Source: Vitrella brassicaformis CCMP3155
Lineage: Eukaryota > Protista > Chromerida
NCBI GenBank assembly: GCA_001179505.1
Contig: CDMY01000330.1
Location: 1-64,000, forward strand
Length of the DNA stretch: 64,000 nt
Reading direction: 5' to 3'
The notes beneath the pieces were generated by a model. The model was not told where the DNA came from, made no database searches, and saw only the letters and a list, made by a program, of their open reading frames with translations. Position 1 is the stretch's first letter; the number at the start of each line of letters is the position of its first letter. The translations under genes and the position numbers were made by a program. This document shows positions 12,412 through 26,200 of this stretch, one piece after another.

Positions 12412-12813
12412 GATGGTGGATGGCTGAATGCCGCAGGCGCTCAATCAAAGGGGACGCCGACTGACTTGACTGACCGAAGGGGGGGAGGGACGGATAGGCA
12501 GAGGAACGAGGACGGAGAGAGGCAGTCGGGGCGCTGGCTGGGGCGACGGTGCGCTGATGAAATAGATAGGTCTCAAAAAGGTTCAAGCAAAGTCGCTGCA
12601 GCGCTGCGATAAGAGGATGAAGGGAAAAAGTTCGCCGGAGGGCGTCGCAAGTATAAACGACTGTGAGAGAGCGGGCTGAGAAGTGAGCCTCGTACGAACC
12701 CTACGCTGTAACCAGGGTTAAACGTAAACTAAACGGAACCCTAGACCCAAAATACCCTAACGGAGTCATATGAAAATGGCCGCATGCCCTCAGATCTCTC
12801 GTAATCCTTCGCG

Positions 12814-14335
12814 ATGATGACCCCCTGCCGCTTCGGCATTCATGAGTCGCTGTGGTGGGCAGTGTGCTTCATGAATGCCCTGTACGAGCCTCCTCATTCA
12901 TCCCTGCAGCTCCGCCCATCAGGAGCATCTCACACCTCCTCATCCGATCGGCCATCACGCGCTGACCCCGATGAACAGGTGCGGGCATTCGTGGAAGCTT
13001 GCTCACAGACATTGTGTGCAGTGTGTGTGTGTGTGTGTATGTGCGTGTGTGCGTCGAAACACACACATACAGGAGGGTCGTCTGCGTCGATCTGCGTCAG
13101 ATCTGGCCTCCTATCTTCACCGCTCACCGTGGTCGTTGGGAGCACGCGCGCGCGTGTCGGGCTCGAGGCCGGTTGGGCCTGGGCCATTGATTGCGGTGAA
13201 GATAGGACAGATCAGGCAGGCAGATCAGCAGACAGGCACGCTCGCAGTGCGAGCACACATCGGTGCGGAGGCGAACGTATCCTCACTCACCAGGCAGGCT
13301 ACAGCTTCTGCGCGCGAGACCAACGAGGTGGGAGGCGGTCAGGGCCAACAGACAGAGGCCGCCGCTGCCGAAGGTCGTGGTGCCGCCCGAGCTGCGTCAG
13401 TACTCCCATGATGCCGCACACTCGAAAGGGGCAGCGGGAATCGATCGCATGTGAGTGAGTCAGTGGGCTGGTACACACACACACAGAGAGGGAGGGGGGG
13501 CAAGTATGTATCCTGTTTGTTGTTGTCTGTCGTGTGTGGGTGCGGTTGGCGTCCGTCCGTGTGATAGGTATGGCGAGCTGAGGTACCGGCAGTGGACAGT
13601 CACTCACGAGGGCTACTTCTTCTGGCCCTTGGTAGGCACCGCATTGATTGCAGTCAGGCAGACTGATCACAGACAGATAGACAGACAGACGGACAGATCC
13701 ACACACGTGTGCACCCGGCCATGTTACATGTGTGTGTCTGTTCGTCTGTCAATGACTTGTTTACTGACCGTCGTTGGCGCAGATGCACGAGTTGGTGCGT
13801 CAGACGGACTGGCGCGCCGTCGTGTGGTGTGCTGACGGATCTGATGACAGACAGACGCGACGTCAACATTGAATATGGAGTGCCTCGAGAGTTCGACATG
13901 TCTCTCAAACGCGACAGCCAAGGGTAACTAAGCGACCGCAGAGGAGCGGGGCTTCACATGTATATATCGATTCATGCCACATTCATTCCATGTATCTGCC
14001 AGGAACTTCAAGTTCGACGGGACGCTGTTTGCGTTGTGAAGCATATCGTTGGATCTGACAAGGCGGCGGCCGACCTCCGATGGCTCATGCGCGTCCACGA
14101 TATCAAGCAGTGTGCGAGTGTTGTCGACTACAGGTGGTACTTTTACTACTACGACCGAGAGGCGGACGAGTTCGTCAAGACCATGGATGACATCATGATG
14201 ATCCTCCTGACCGCACTGACAGGAGCGGCCAAAGGGATCGGCGCCCAGAGGGACCGCCTCGAGCATCCACATAAGGAGAAACAAGAGCCTGACGGCCCTG
14301 GCATGGCCAGCAACTATGACGTGACCTCAAGATAG
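12814..14335 (+). CDS. hypothetical spliced protein containing an integrase H2C2-like segment
   Basis: GT-AG introns 13454-13568 and 13632-13781 join KVVVPPELRQYSHDAAHSKGAAGIDRM-YGELR...YFFWPL-MHELVRQ. The start and 3' exon structure are uncertain. Confidence 0.4.
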
Positions 14336-14701
14336 ACAGACAGGCAGGGCGTGTGGCGGGTGGGTGACTGTTCTGGTGCATGTACATAGAAATGTAGCCC
14401 AGCCAGCACATGTACTAGTAGGGAGGGAGGGATGTGGGGAGGTAGGGACGTACGCCAGGGGTGGCCGCCACTTTCTGTGTCTCGTGGGAAATGCACAGTG
14501 ACATTTGGTGGGTCAGTCGTGTGCTTAGCAGGCACTGGACTTTCTCGTGTTCAGCTGAGGCCGTCGAAGGAGAGCCAGATGCTCGACGAAGCGTGTGCGT
14601 CATGGACGTTGAGCCAATCTTTCATTTCGTTTCATTCATTCATTCATTCATTCATTTTGTTCCTTACATTTCCGTGAACACTGAACACAAGAAGCGCATT
14701 C

Positions 14702-17637
14702 ATGGAAACACCAGCAAAAAACAAAAAAGCGGGCGAGATTCTCGACAAGAGACGGCGAAAACTAATTCTATTTTGCGCTCTGCGGCCGTCCAACAACTTC
14801 ATCGACTTCTTCCTGCGGGTCAATTGCTGCGGGTTATCGCACGGCTCCAAAGTATCCATGCAGTCCGCGCTGCCTACCCCTGCCCACATCAGCTGCCGAG
14901 CCGAAGAGGCATCTCTTGTCCAGGGCATCTGTCGCATGAACGTGTCGTCGTGCCGCAGCCACATCCCGTAAGGAAAAACCCTACAAATGCATTGTGCATC
15001 CATCCGTGTGTGTAGGTCAGTGCCGCAGAGGTGAGGGGACCGCCTCAAAGAGCTGCGAGAGCTCGCAACGCAGGGGCCCTACTCGTCAGACCGACGTGTT
15101 GCCGCCAAATGGGGAGCTCTGCGCGGCTGGAGGGTTCTGCATCAAAGTGGCGAAGAAGGTGGGTCATGTGTCTGGCGTCCATCTATCCATCTACATGTAT
15201 CAAGTGGAGGCGTCCGTCCATTGTGGTGCTGCCTGCTGCCTCTCTGTGTCAGGTCGGATATGACACCTCCGACGAGGACCACATCAAATTCAACAAAGAC
15301 GAGTGAGCGGGCGGCACGGCAAAGAGGGAACATACATCTCTGATGCCATTCCCCTCCTTCTGTCTATGTGTCTTTGTGTCTGTCTGTTCTTCAGCCGCGT
15401 GAGGCTGCTGAACCTCCTGAAGGCCGAGGCCCGACAGCTGAAGACTGCCAGCGAGACGAGAGGCCGCGGCCTGGGCCTAGCCAACGTCAACAGCAGCCTC
15501 ACGCGGCGCGCCAACCAATACGCGGCGAAGACCCACACAGAGCTCACAAAAGCGGCGGTGAAGGGCCTTTTTTCGGAGGCGAAATGAGATCTTCCCGAAG
15601 GACTATTTCAAGGATGGAATCCACAAGGTAAGACGGTACAGAGAGTGCATGCCTTCCAAGATAATGAATGCCGTGTGCCGTGTCCCTTTCAGCCTGGCCA
15701 GTGAGATGGGATGGGACGGGGGCGGGGGGCAGGCGGAAGGGGGGAGAAGGTGGCCTGGTAGAAAGAAATAAGATAGATGGCCAACCTGGCAGTCGCCGCC
15801 GCCGCAGCTGCAGTATCGCCGCCCACCACGAGGTCTTCAACCGCGCGAGGCTGCTGAACGTGCTGAAGGCGGAGGCGCGAGAACTGAAGACAACAAGCGA
15901 GACGAGAGGCCGCGGCCTGGCGCTGTTCACCGTCGACAACAGCCTCCAGCGCCGCGCCACTCAGTACCACGTCGAGACACACACGCCCCTGTCAAGATCA
16001 TCCGTGAATGGCCTCATTTCGGAGGCCAAGCACGCCGTCTTCCCGACGGGATATTTCAAGGATGGAATCCACAAGGTAAGACGGTACAGAGAGTGCATGC
16101 CTTCCAAGATAATGAATGCCGTGTGCCGTGTCCCTTTCAGCCCGGCCAGTGAGATGGGATTTGGAGGGGCGACGAGTGAGTAAGTGAATGAGTGAGTGAG
16201 TGGCTGTTTTCTCCTCGTTGTGAAAGCGTGAGACGAGGCAAGAGGGTGGAACTCGGTGCAGTACTACCATCCAGGACATTCAGCGCCCATCGGGCTCTTG
16301 CGGCGACCTCTTCTGGCTGCGATTCATCTGTCGGTGAGAAGCGAAAAAGAGTGGTCAGTCAGGAGCCCACCCACACCGAGTCATCCTCTCGTGGATGTAG
16401 GCACGACCTCGGCGGACGGCTCGGCCTGATGGTGCTGGTGGACTTCAAGTATGGAGGAGGAGGAGGAGGAGGAGGAGGAGACGACGAGAAGAAGGTACAC
16501 ATAAAGGAGCCATGTGCACATACACACACGTGTACACACACGCGCACACACAACACACACATCTACCCAATTTGCATCTACCTCTCCGTCTATGCAGCTC
16601 GTATGGCTGCCAGAGGCCCGCTCACTGGACAAAGACGACGACATCATTGAGATGCTGACGGAGCTGATCACCCTGACGCAAGAGAAGCCCGTCAAAAGGT
16701 AAGCCTACAAAGCACAACGGGCCATGTCGGCAGGAGCCGGCAGACAACCGTCTCACTCGTATTTGTTCTTGCAGGGCCCTGCTGGCCGAAATCTACCCCT
16801 ACACGCAGAGCAGCCATACTCGCCAGGAGCCTGGGGCCGTGATCGAACACGCGCGACTCAGGGGCTACACGAAACTGGTGCCCAACACGGCGCCCNNNNN
16901 NNNNNNNNNNNNNNNNNNNNNNNNNNNNNNNNNNNNNNNNNNNNNNNNNNNNNNNNNNNNNNNNNNNNNNNNNNNNNNNNNNNNNNNNNNNNNNNNNNNN
17001 NNNNNNNNNNNNNNNNNNNNNNNNNNNNNNNNNNNNNNNNNNNNNNNNNNNNNNNNNNNNNNNNNNNNNNNNNNNNNNNNNNNNNNNNNNNNNNNNNNNN
17101 NNNNNNNNNNNNNNNNNNNNNNNNNNNNNNNNNNNNNNNNNNNNNNNNNNNNNNNNNNNNNNNNNNNNNNNNNNNNNNNNNNNNNNNNNNNNNNNCCCCC
17201 ATCCCCCACAAAACATGTGTGTTCGTCTCTGTCTGTCTGTCTGTCTGTCTGTCTATGTCTCAGGGCTTCGTGGTGCCCCAGCCGCCGCCCCCATCCCCGC
17301 CAGCGCAAGAACCCACAGACGAGGAGGAGAGCACTGGCGAAGGCGACGAATGGGTGGGCAAACAAACCATGGAGAACCAGAGGAATATTTATCTGTCTCT
17401 CTGTCTATCTGTCTGTCTGTGTGGGTGCGTGTGTCTCCTCTCAATCAGGATAGCGAGGGGCCTTCAGAGGCGTCGAGGAGCAGCGGCAGCGAGGCCACGT
17501 TGGACACTTCGAGGGGCCGCAAACAGTATGACAAGAGTATCGGGCCCATCGAGGTCTTCCCCGACATCGACGAGGAGAGACGGGTAGTGGATGGTGCGTG
17601 GCGGAAGAGGCGGCACATGTATGTCCGAGTAGGGTAG
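14702..17637 (+). CDS. hypothetical protein(s) with a tandemly duplicated exon
   Basis: Chain of short open exons with GT-AG introns (METPAKNKK..., VGYDTSDEDHIKF, RVRLLNLLKAEARQL, LVWLPEARSLDKDDD). It spans a gap and I recognise no domain. Confidence 0.35.
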
Positions 17638-17919
17638 TTGGCTACTAGCTAGTTGCTCTGTGCAGGGTACACATTCATTCATTCACTCACTCATGGCCAT
17701 CCTGTGCAGCTTCAGGTGGAGGTGGGTGCGGTGCGACTGTCACACACCCACACTGCGACAGACGGCGTCCTTCCATTGCAATGCAGCCCCAGCAGCTCGA
17801 CAGACCCGAGGACCGATGTTTCCTCGTGGGACTCGCCACGATCGGTGCAGTCGAGGTGGGTTGCCCACACAAGACAGCGAGGGAGTATTCATCTGCTCAA
17901 ATGCATTCATTCCATCGAG

Positions 17920-17951
<32 letters not shown>

Positions 17952-18160
17952 TCTGTAGGTCATCCGTCTCACTCGCTGTGTGATCCATCGCCGCCTACAT
18001 TTTATATTTTCGAGGGACTGTCGATACATACCAACGGATGTCAGCTTGCTGTGCGGAGGAATGCTCGACTCTGTATTGTGACTTTGTTTGATTCACGCGA
18101 TGGACAAAACACTCCTACCCACTCGACAGTCCAAAATCTCTCCCTACAATCTGGCTCCCC

Positions 18161-18760
18161 CTACCCCCTCCCCTCCTTGAGAGGCACAATGACGTCGTCA
18201 GTGTACCTCCACTTATCGGATCCGCCCCAGCCCTCCCTCAGCGCCACCCTCTCTCTGTCCTGCCTGAGGTTGATGTCGCCATCAACGTCATTGGCGACGG
18301 GCGACAGGTCCTCCTTGACACTGCCAGCTGTGCTCGAGGTGCCGTCAGGGGGTGCAATGCCGGCGATCTTCTCGAGCGTGGCCAAGGACTTCTCGCCTGG
18401 GTACAGCTCGCCATTGATCTCCCACGTTGGGTAGCCCGGCACCTGACATGACAGACAAACAGACAGGCAGACAGAGGGAACAAGAGCATTCATTTTGTGG
18501 TGTGGTGTAGTGTGTGTGGTCGGTTGTCTCTCACGTACGTCTCGTTTGTCGCATCTGTCTCTTTCGGAGTTAAGTCCCTCCCTGGCACACTCTACGTACT
18601 CAATGTAGCCCTCAAAGGCCTCCTTGCCTGCGCAAGACACATGCACATCCATGAATTGAATGCTGTCAAGCCATCAATCACCGGCTGACCGAATGTCTGT
18701 TTCTGGTCATAGCAGTGGGGACACCAGTATGCGCCGTACATGCGGGCACCTGACGGAGGA

Positions 18761-18793
<33 letters not shown>

Positions 18794-19915
18794 CGTATAT
18801 TCATCCAGCCGCATCAGTCGCTCGTTCCTCGGCTGCTGCATGCATTACCCATCGTCTGCAGCTTCTTTGCGAGTCGGAGAGAGCGTGCTGACGAGGCAGT
18901 GGTGATCTCGGGAGGCACAAATGGACCCTCACTCTCAAACAAACGCTGCGCAATGCGCGACGCAAGACACAAAGCATAGATAGAAGAAATACAGCCGACG
19001 TACGTATGTGTGTGCTGTGCTGTGCTGGACATGTGTATGCAGCATGCTCACATCGAGGAACCATCCCGCCTCGTATCCCTCCTCCCCCTCACTGCCGGCC
19101 AGCGATGCCACGGGATTCCTCACGAAGGCCACCACGGCCGCCAGGTTGCCGGGCTCCTGCACCGAGTACACCCCTAAGCTCATGACGGCCATGACGACCG
19201 CCGTGGCGTAGCGGATGATTCTGCTCTGCAGTCCATCCGGGACGATGCTCCACAGCCACGACATGAGGAATAGCGTCAAGGAGAGGCCCGCAGAGAGGTA
19301 ACAGTAGGGGCAGAACTCCTGCAGCTGAAACACCAGCACCGACATCAGATACACAGAGAAGGTCGCCATGGCCGTCGTCAGGGCCAGCAGCATGGGGCGC
19401 GTCCATTGCTCAGCTGATGGCTTGGACAGAGGCAGCAGCGACAGGTACGTCACCAGGCCGTATGCCAGCATGGCGGGGGCCGTCAGAGGGATACCGAAGA
19501 CGGTCGAGTAGGGACCTCCAAGCACTGTGTAGCACCCGCCGGTGGGGCAGATGGACGCCACGGACGCGAAGAGTTTGGTGTAGGTGAGGAAGGCCGTCTC
19601 CACCAGCCCCACCCCACCCACAAAGGCCATCAGCTTCCGGTTGATGGCCGGCCATGGCGATGGTGAGGGCGGACGGCCACTCTCCTCTATCTTCTTCGTT
19701 GTGATCTCATCCTCTGCCTGTGGCTGTGCTGCAGTGGTGACCGACTCATCGGTGCTCCTCACGCCGCTCTCGACAGTGTCCCGCAGGATGGATGGATGCC
19801 AGTGCCTGAGCGACAGCCGCCCTGGCCTCGCGAGCCGACGATGGGCGGGCAGCGGGAGAGAGGAAGGGACAGGCGGCACGACGAAGGAGGGGATTGGAGA
19901 AGCGATGAGGTGCAT
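18161..19915 (-). CDS. LTO1: VKOR-thioredoxin fusion, thylakoid lumen thiol oxidoreductase (LTO1-like)
   Basis: VKOR domain (ETAFLTYTKL...CPTGGCYTVL...YSTVFGIPL...FCPYC) followed by a Trx-like domain (ARMYGAYWCPHCYDQKQTFG, YVEC, GYPTWEINGELYPGEKSL). The N-terminus is uncertain. Confidence 0.9.
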
Positions 19916-20599
19916 TGCCGTGCGTCAGTAGCGGTACACCGGCAGACGTCAAATAGCCCTCGTATGCCTGCACACAAACATCAAAGACGGACGGTCTTCA
20001 AGATCTGACGGTGCATCTTTACTTACGAGAGAGATCTGATGTCCCTTTCAATCGACGGAGGCCTCATGATCTGTTCTCCCCCTCCCTGCCAGCTGAGCTC
20101 GCAACTGAGCCGTGGCGGATCTTTTCTCCGACTTTCGGGAAAGGTGACCCCCAGAATGATGGATTATTAGGAGGGTGACGGCTGGATGTGAAGACCGCAG
20201 CCCACCGCTTGTAGGATAACCGCCGGCTTCTCTGTGCTGTGACAGACGGCGGGAGGCCGGCGGCGTCGCTTCGTTCATAGCCCTCTGTGTGTCTGCTGGA
20301 CACATCGCACACCGACCGACCGACAGAATCGCCTCACCGACGTGAGAATGTGGTGTTCATCCATCCACTGACTGACTGCGACTGCGATGGAGTGTTTGTG
20401 TGTTTGCTGTAGTCATGTCGATGAGTGACGTCGGGGGTGGCGCGCCGCCCAAACGGCACCGCACACAGGAAGGGGAGGAACTGGTGGCATCTAGTATCAG
20501 ACAATCGGTAAGGCCTCAAAAGCGCTTGTGGACACATGACGTGGGGCTGTCTGTCCATCTGTCTGTCTGTTTGTTGTGGTTCAGTCCATCGCTGAGGGT

Positions 20600-22487
20600 A
20601 TGGCTCAGCTGGAGGAGCGCATCGCATCACTTCAATCACACGTAGAACAGGTAACCGACACGTTCACAGTGACATGACGCCATCCATCCAGTGGGCTCCC
20701 AGTGTGCCCTCTCACTCTCTATGACGCCGTCGGCTGTTTGTGTGTCTGTCAGGCCACTCGCGAGGCTACCGATGTGCAGGAGCTCTTCAAGACGACAGTC
20801 GCAGCACAGGTCAACCACACACGACCAAACAATGATGCCATCAGCACACTCTCCCACTGTGTGTCTTTGTGCTGTCCTGCAGACGCCATTTCTCGCCCAG
20901 AAGTGGCCTGGCGTGTTGTCGGCTCTCTCGTCGGCTGCCGACGGTCTGCGTGGGATCGATGGGGGCGTCAAGGGCACCTGCCGGCCGATCGGCTGGGCTG
21001 AGCCGCCACCACCCAGACACTTGAGCGACGACCTGTCGGCCGATTTGTGGCGTGACGTCATCTACCCGATGCTGTCTGCGGATGAGGCCGTCTGCTCCGC
21101 CCGCCCCACCAGCAAGACACACGGCAGCCAACTCGTCGATGAGACCTTCATGCTCACACGCATCGACAAGGACCTCAAGAAATACTCACTCACCGGACTC
21201 ATCGATGTCGAGCGCCCCACCCCACCCATACACACCACACCCACACCCACACCCACAGCAGCAGACACCGACCCCCCCGGTGGCACGCCGACATACCCAC
21301 AGCCGGCCAGCGATGCCGTTACCCCAGCCGAGCGCATCCGGCTGTTTCGCTACCTGTCGGCGTCCGCCTATGCACTCGAGCGAGGCGGGGAGCTGTTGCG
21401 GCAGCAGATGGCCGACTTCATCAACCTGGCGCGCAACTACAAGCTCATCAAGACACTGCCCCTCCGGCTGGCGGCTGACTGGATGGCCGAGCACCTGCCC
21501 AGCAAGACGGCCTTCGATGAGCTGCCACTCGCCCTGGCCGTCTACAAGACATTCGGCCACATGCTCAGCTGCCAAGGTGACAGCCTGGCGCTGCGGCGGG
21601 TGGATGAGCAGGATGATGAGAATGAGAACGAGAGCGAGAATGACCAAGACAGCGACAGTGACCTCGAGGACGACGATATGGGCGACGAGAGAGGGGATGA
21701 GGAACAAGATGACGACACCGACCAGCACCAGCAGGAGGGCCAGGGGGGACAGCCAAACGATGCAGACGGCCAGCAGCAGGGGGGAGGCAACGCTGAGATT
21801 TCAGAGGAGCAGGGGGACGATGCCATGGGCGATGGGAGCGAGCAGGATGAAGGAGACAACGAAGCCGCGGTTCAGCAGCAGCAGGAGGGGGCTGGGGGCG
21901 ATGGTGCAGGAGGGCAGCCGGGCGATGGGAGTGGTGGGGGCGTGACAAGCCAGCGCTACAGGATCGGCACCGTTCGCTTCACGACCGTCCCCCTCACCGG
22001 TCTGCCCCTCACCCACCCCTACCGCAGCACATACGACCACAGCGATCCTGTCGTCCGCAGTGGGGGGTCCCTCCTCCCATCATTCACGGAAATCCTCAAG
22101 CGGACGGTCCTGAGGCGGTGGTATGACGTGACGGCCGGTGGTATGGGCGCGGAGGGGGTGGAGGAGAAGCTGGTGAGAAGTGTTGATGTCGGCCGTGACG
22201 ACAGCCGCTATCAGTCCCTGATGACAGCACGATCCATTGAGGGCTGCAAGACCGTCGATATCATCGATGAGGATCGATTCGGCCTGGGAGATGGCGGCCG
22301 CCTACGACTCATCATCCTCAAGGGCACCGCAGCCAACGACACCATTGCGGTCCACCTGTGGGTGGCAAATGGCATCATCAACCTCTGGACGACCGAGGCG
22401 ACAGACATCGAGCGGCATCCCGTTGCCGTGGCGGCTGCCCGCCCCTTGTTGGGCAAGTACGGCCTTGAGAGGACAGTGCTCCGATAG
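20600..22487 (+). CDS. F-box-like hypothetical protein with acidic/Gln-rich insertion
   Basis: Exons 20600-20650, 20753-20809 and 20883-22487 are in frame. F-box-like segment LSDDLSADLWRDVIYPML; D/E/Q/G-rich tract at about 21600-21945. Confidence 0.65.
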
Positions 22488-23233
22488 ATGGCTTAGCTGA
22501 AGACACAGCGGTGAGGAGGGAGGGGGGATTCGGGTGAGGGAGAGCAAGTAGCGTGACATGCATGTCATTGGATCTTTTCACTCCTTGTGTCCTGCGTGTG
22601 CTGTGTTGATGTCTGCAGGTGTCGCATTAGTCTGTTGGCGGGGCAGTGGGGCGGAGAAGTGCGGCTGACGGGAGGAGTGGGGGATCGATTATGGCGCCTC
22701 TTTCTGGGAGGGGGTGACGTAGCCGGCCGACCGACTGGTGGCTGCTGGTCTGTTCTGATGAATGAGTGCACGATGTCCTTCCTGCATCGCTTCGTGTTAA
22801 CAATGACCGGCCGCTGGCGTGATGCGATGTGATGTGTGTCGGTTTACTGTATCATGCCTCTCTGTGTGTCGACGCATACCATTTGACGAGTGCACTTCGA
22901 AGTGACAACAGTGTACACAGACACTTCGGCCCCCAGAGAGATATCCATATCATCGGCCGGTGATGGATGTGTCTCCCGTTCACATGGGTTCACACATCCA
23001 TCCATTCATCGCCTAATGTGTCAAGGGAGGGGAGGGATGCCGACATACATACGCATGGTTGGGATTCAATTCATATATTCATCAAGCATTTCAAGTCATG
23101 CACTTAATTGTCTCTTTATGTGACGTCTGTCTGTGTCGGTGTGTGCACATCAGTCAGAGACACTCATGCATCGTCTTGGTCAGTGGATTATGTCGTCTTG
23201 GTCAGTCAGTCGGCCGCACCACATGCAGATCGA

Positions 23234-26200
23234 TCATGCCGCCACAGCAGACATCACTGCACACACACACACACACACACAACATCACATCAACCCCCCT
23301 CCCTCAGCTTTGTCACTCTCTGTCTGTTCATCTCATCTGTGCCAGCCAAGTCAGCCTACTTGTGAGCAGCGGTGTGTTGCCACCTTCTCCGTTGCACTGC
23401 TGTTTGCAGGTGTCGGTCTCCCACTGCCGCTCCTCTCCCATGGCCAGTGGGTGGTGTGCACTCGTCTGGCAGCACAGCTCACACGCCTCCGTCACACACG
23501 ACGCCACATCGACCTCGCTGTCGTCTTTGGAAATGCAGTGGGCAAACAGAGCCGAGTCGGTGGCGCACGCCGATGAGTATTCGGCGAAGGCGGTCTCTGT
23601 GGCGGCCGCCAGACGGTCGTTGGCGCGACACGCACTCTCGCAAGAAGACTCAACCGACGAAGGCAACCTGACACACACGTAAAAATCACACACACAGAGG
23701 GAAGGAGAGACAATGGATGTGTCAGTTCGTTTCCCTTGTCTGTGTCTGTGTGCGCTGACTGACAGTGCGGTGTGGTATTTGCAGCATGACGTGCAGAAGT
23801 CCGTGCCAGCGCTGCGGCACCCACCTCTGCCCTCACCGCCGTCGGGACCCACCAGCTGAGCGCACCGCTGCTGCCTCTGGCGGAAGTGCACTGCCGACGC
23901 GCACACGGAATGGCCGGCACTCCTGCCGCTGGTGGCTGTGGTTGCTGTGGCTGTTGTGGATGTGTTGTGTGTGGGTGGGGGGGCGGTGTTGTCTCGTGTG
24001 AGGCCGGAGGGCATGAGCTTGAAGGTGTCGAAGGCCACGCCCCCGCACCCATTGGACGACAGACCGACAGCTCCGTCGGTGTGTGCGAACGGATCGCTCA
24101 CACTCAGCTCGCGGACTGACGACGGCCCCTCGCCCACGCGAGACAGACGAACTGCATCACACACACATCCACACACATCATGGGTGTGTCTATCTGTGTG
24201 TGTGTGTGTGTGTACCGTTGACAATGGGTCCGTTGAAGGTGACGTCGAGTGTGTGCCACTTCAACGGGGTCCAGCCGCCGTTGGGATTGGTGGCCACGTC
24301 CGCTGCTTGGCCGGCCGTCACGCGTCGCAGCTTGAGGGCCGAGGGCGACACCTGCGCCAGGTGGAAGTTGTTGTTGTCAATGTGGCGGAAGACCACACCC
24401 ACCGCCGCATTGGCATTGGCATTGTCACCGTCGCACTCGGGCAGCAAGTCGACGGACAGGCGGCCGTCCCTGCAGGTGCGGTGGCCTTTGAGCAACACGT
24501 GGGTGCCGATGCCTTCCTTGCCACTAACGGCCGACAGCTGTGCGAGCGTCTTGGTGCGGCCGTGGATGTGGTCACGGTAGCGCCACTCCGACGGGCCGTC
24601 CTGGCTGTCGACGGGCTCCTGAAGGTGATAGACCGACTCGAACCGGCCGTAGTAGTCCTCACTGCACACACACACACATGAACGTGACAGACACGACAGA
24701 CACACCACAGATGACTGAGTGAGTGGATGGCTCCGTCTGTCGTGGTGTGGCTGGTTGGGTGTCTTTGTTGCTGAATGACCGGAAGAGGCTGCACTTTGGT
24801 GGCTTTGGTGGCGGGGGCAGCTTGGACAGCTTCGTGCACGGACAGGCGGCGACAGTCACTTTGTCGAAGAAGACGCCGTGGTGCATGCCGCTGGTGAAGA
24901 GGTCCACACTGCCGCTCGCTATCTCGCTGTCGTGAGCCGACATGACCACCACAAGCCGCCCAGATCCGCTCGCACCTGTGCCATATTCCATCCACACACA
25001 CACAGGCAGAGACAGACAGAGAGAGATCCACGAGTGGGTGTGAGTGGTTATATGTGTGTTTTGTGGGTGACGTATGTACCCGCAGCGACAGTGATGAGTC
25101 CCTGCCGGGCCGTAATCTCATACGTGTACCAGGTGCCTGGCAGATACCTACACACACACACAGACAGACAGACAGACAGACAGACAAAGAGAGAGACAGA
25201 GAGAGAGATGGTTTGGTTGATGTCAACGTCAGTGTGTGTGGGGATGGGTGGCTGACCCGCCGTCATGGATCTCTTTGATGACGGTTGGCTGTCCGTCGTG
25301 GATCTTGATCAGCCGTTTGCTCTTGGCCATCGTCATGTCCAGCAGGTACATGTTGGCAGGGTCGCGCACGCGGAAGGCGATGCCGTAAGTGCCGGGGCCC
25401 GACTCGACGTACGCCTCGACGGTGAGGCGGAAGTCATAGGACCGGTGCGACCTGAGGACCGCCAGTGATCCCTGGCCAGGGAGGCCGCCAAAGGAGCGGA
25501 TGGAGCTCGTCTGTGCGATGACGCGGTCCCTGCCGCCGACTGGCTTGTCGCTGGTGGATGTGATGGACCAGCTGCTGGGGGCGTGCGTGGCCTTGTCGGT
25601 GTCCGTCACAGCAAAGACCTCGCCGAAGGAAGATATGGCGTCGTAATCCAGCCGCCAATCCTGCACAAATCATCATGATACACACACACACACACACACA
25701 TCGACCAATGACATGGGAGTATATGCCTCTCTCCTCTCTCTGCCTCTCCCTTTGTGTGTGTGGTAAGTGACGTGCCTTGAATGCGTGTGCGGCCTTCTGC
25801 ATGTCGGTGGCCTGTTGCAGCTTGGCGCTGAGAGTGGCGAGTGCACTGCCCGTCCGCTCACTGACGGCCGTCAAGGCCTCGATGGTGTTAGCGGCGTGCT
25901 CGTAGAGGTCCTCGCTGCGGGCCTCCTGGGCGCGATACAGGGACACGGACTTCTTCAACACACTCCGACACTCACCTGCACACACACACACAGAGATACA
26001 TACGGATGCCATCTCATCCACCAACACACACCACACAGGCATTCCATTCACTGTCACCTACCGAGGATTTGTCGAGCCTCGTTGGCCTCCTCCTGCACGA
26101 CGTGCTGGTCGAACTTGGCGCACTGCTGGTTGATCAGCCGCAGTGTCCTCTTGGTGACGGCTGACAGGCTCATGAGTCCCGCCTCGTCCTCACTCCCAGC

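Noticed and set aside
13870-13872. In-frame TGA suggesting selenocysteine or readthrough
   Set aside because: Alternative splice sites avoid the stop, I saw no SECIS, and the gene model is uncertain.
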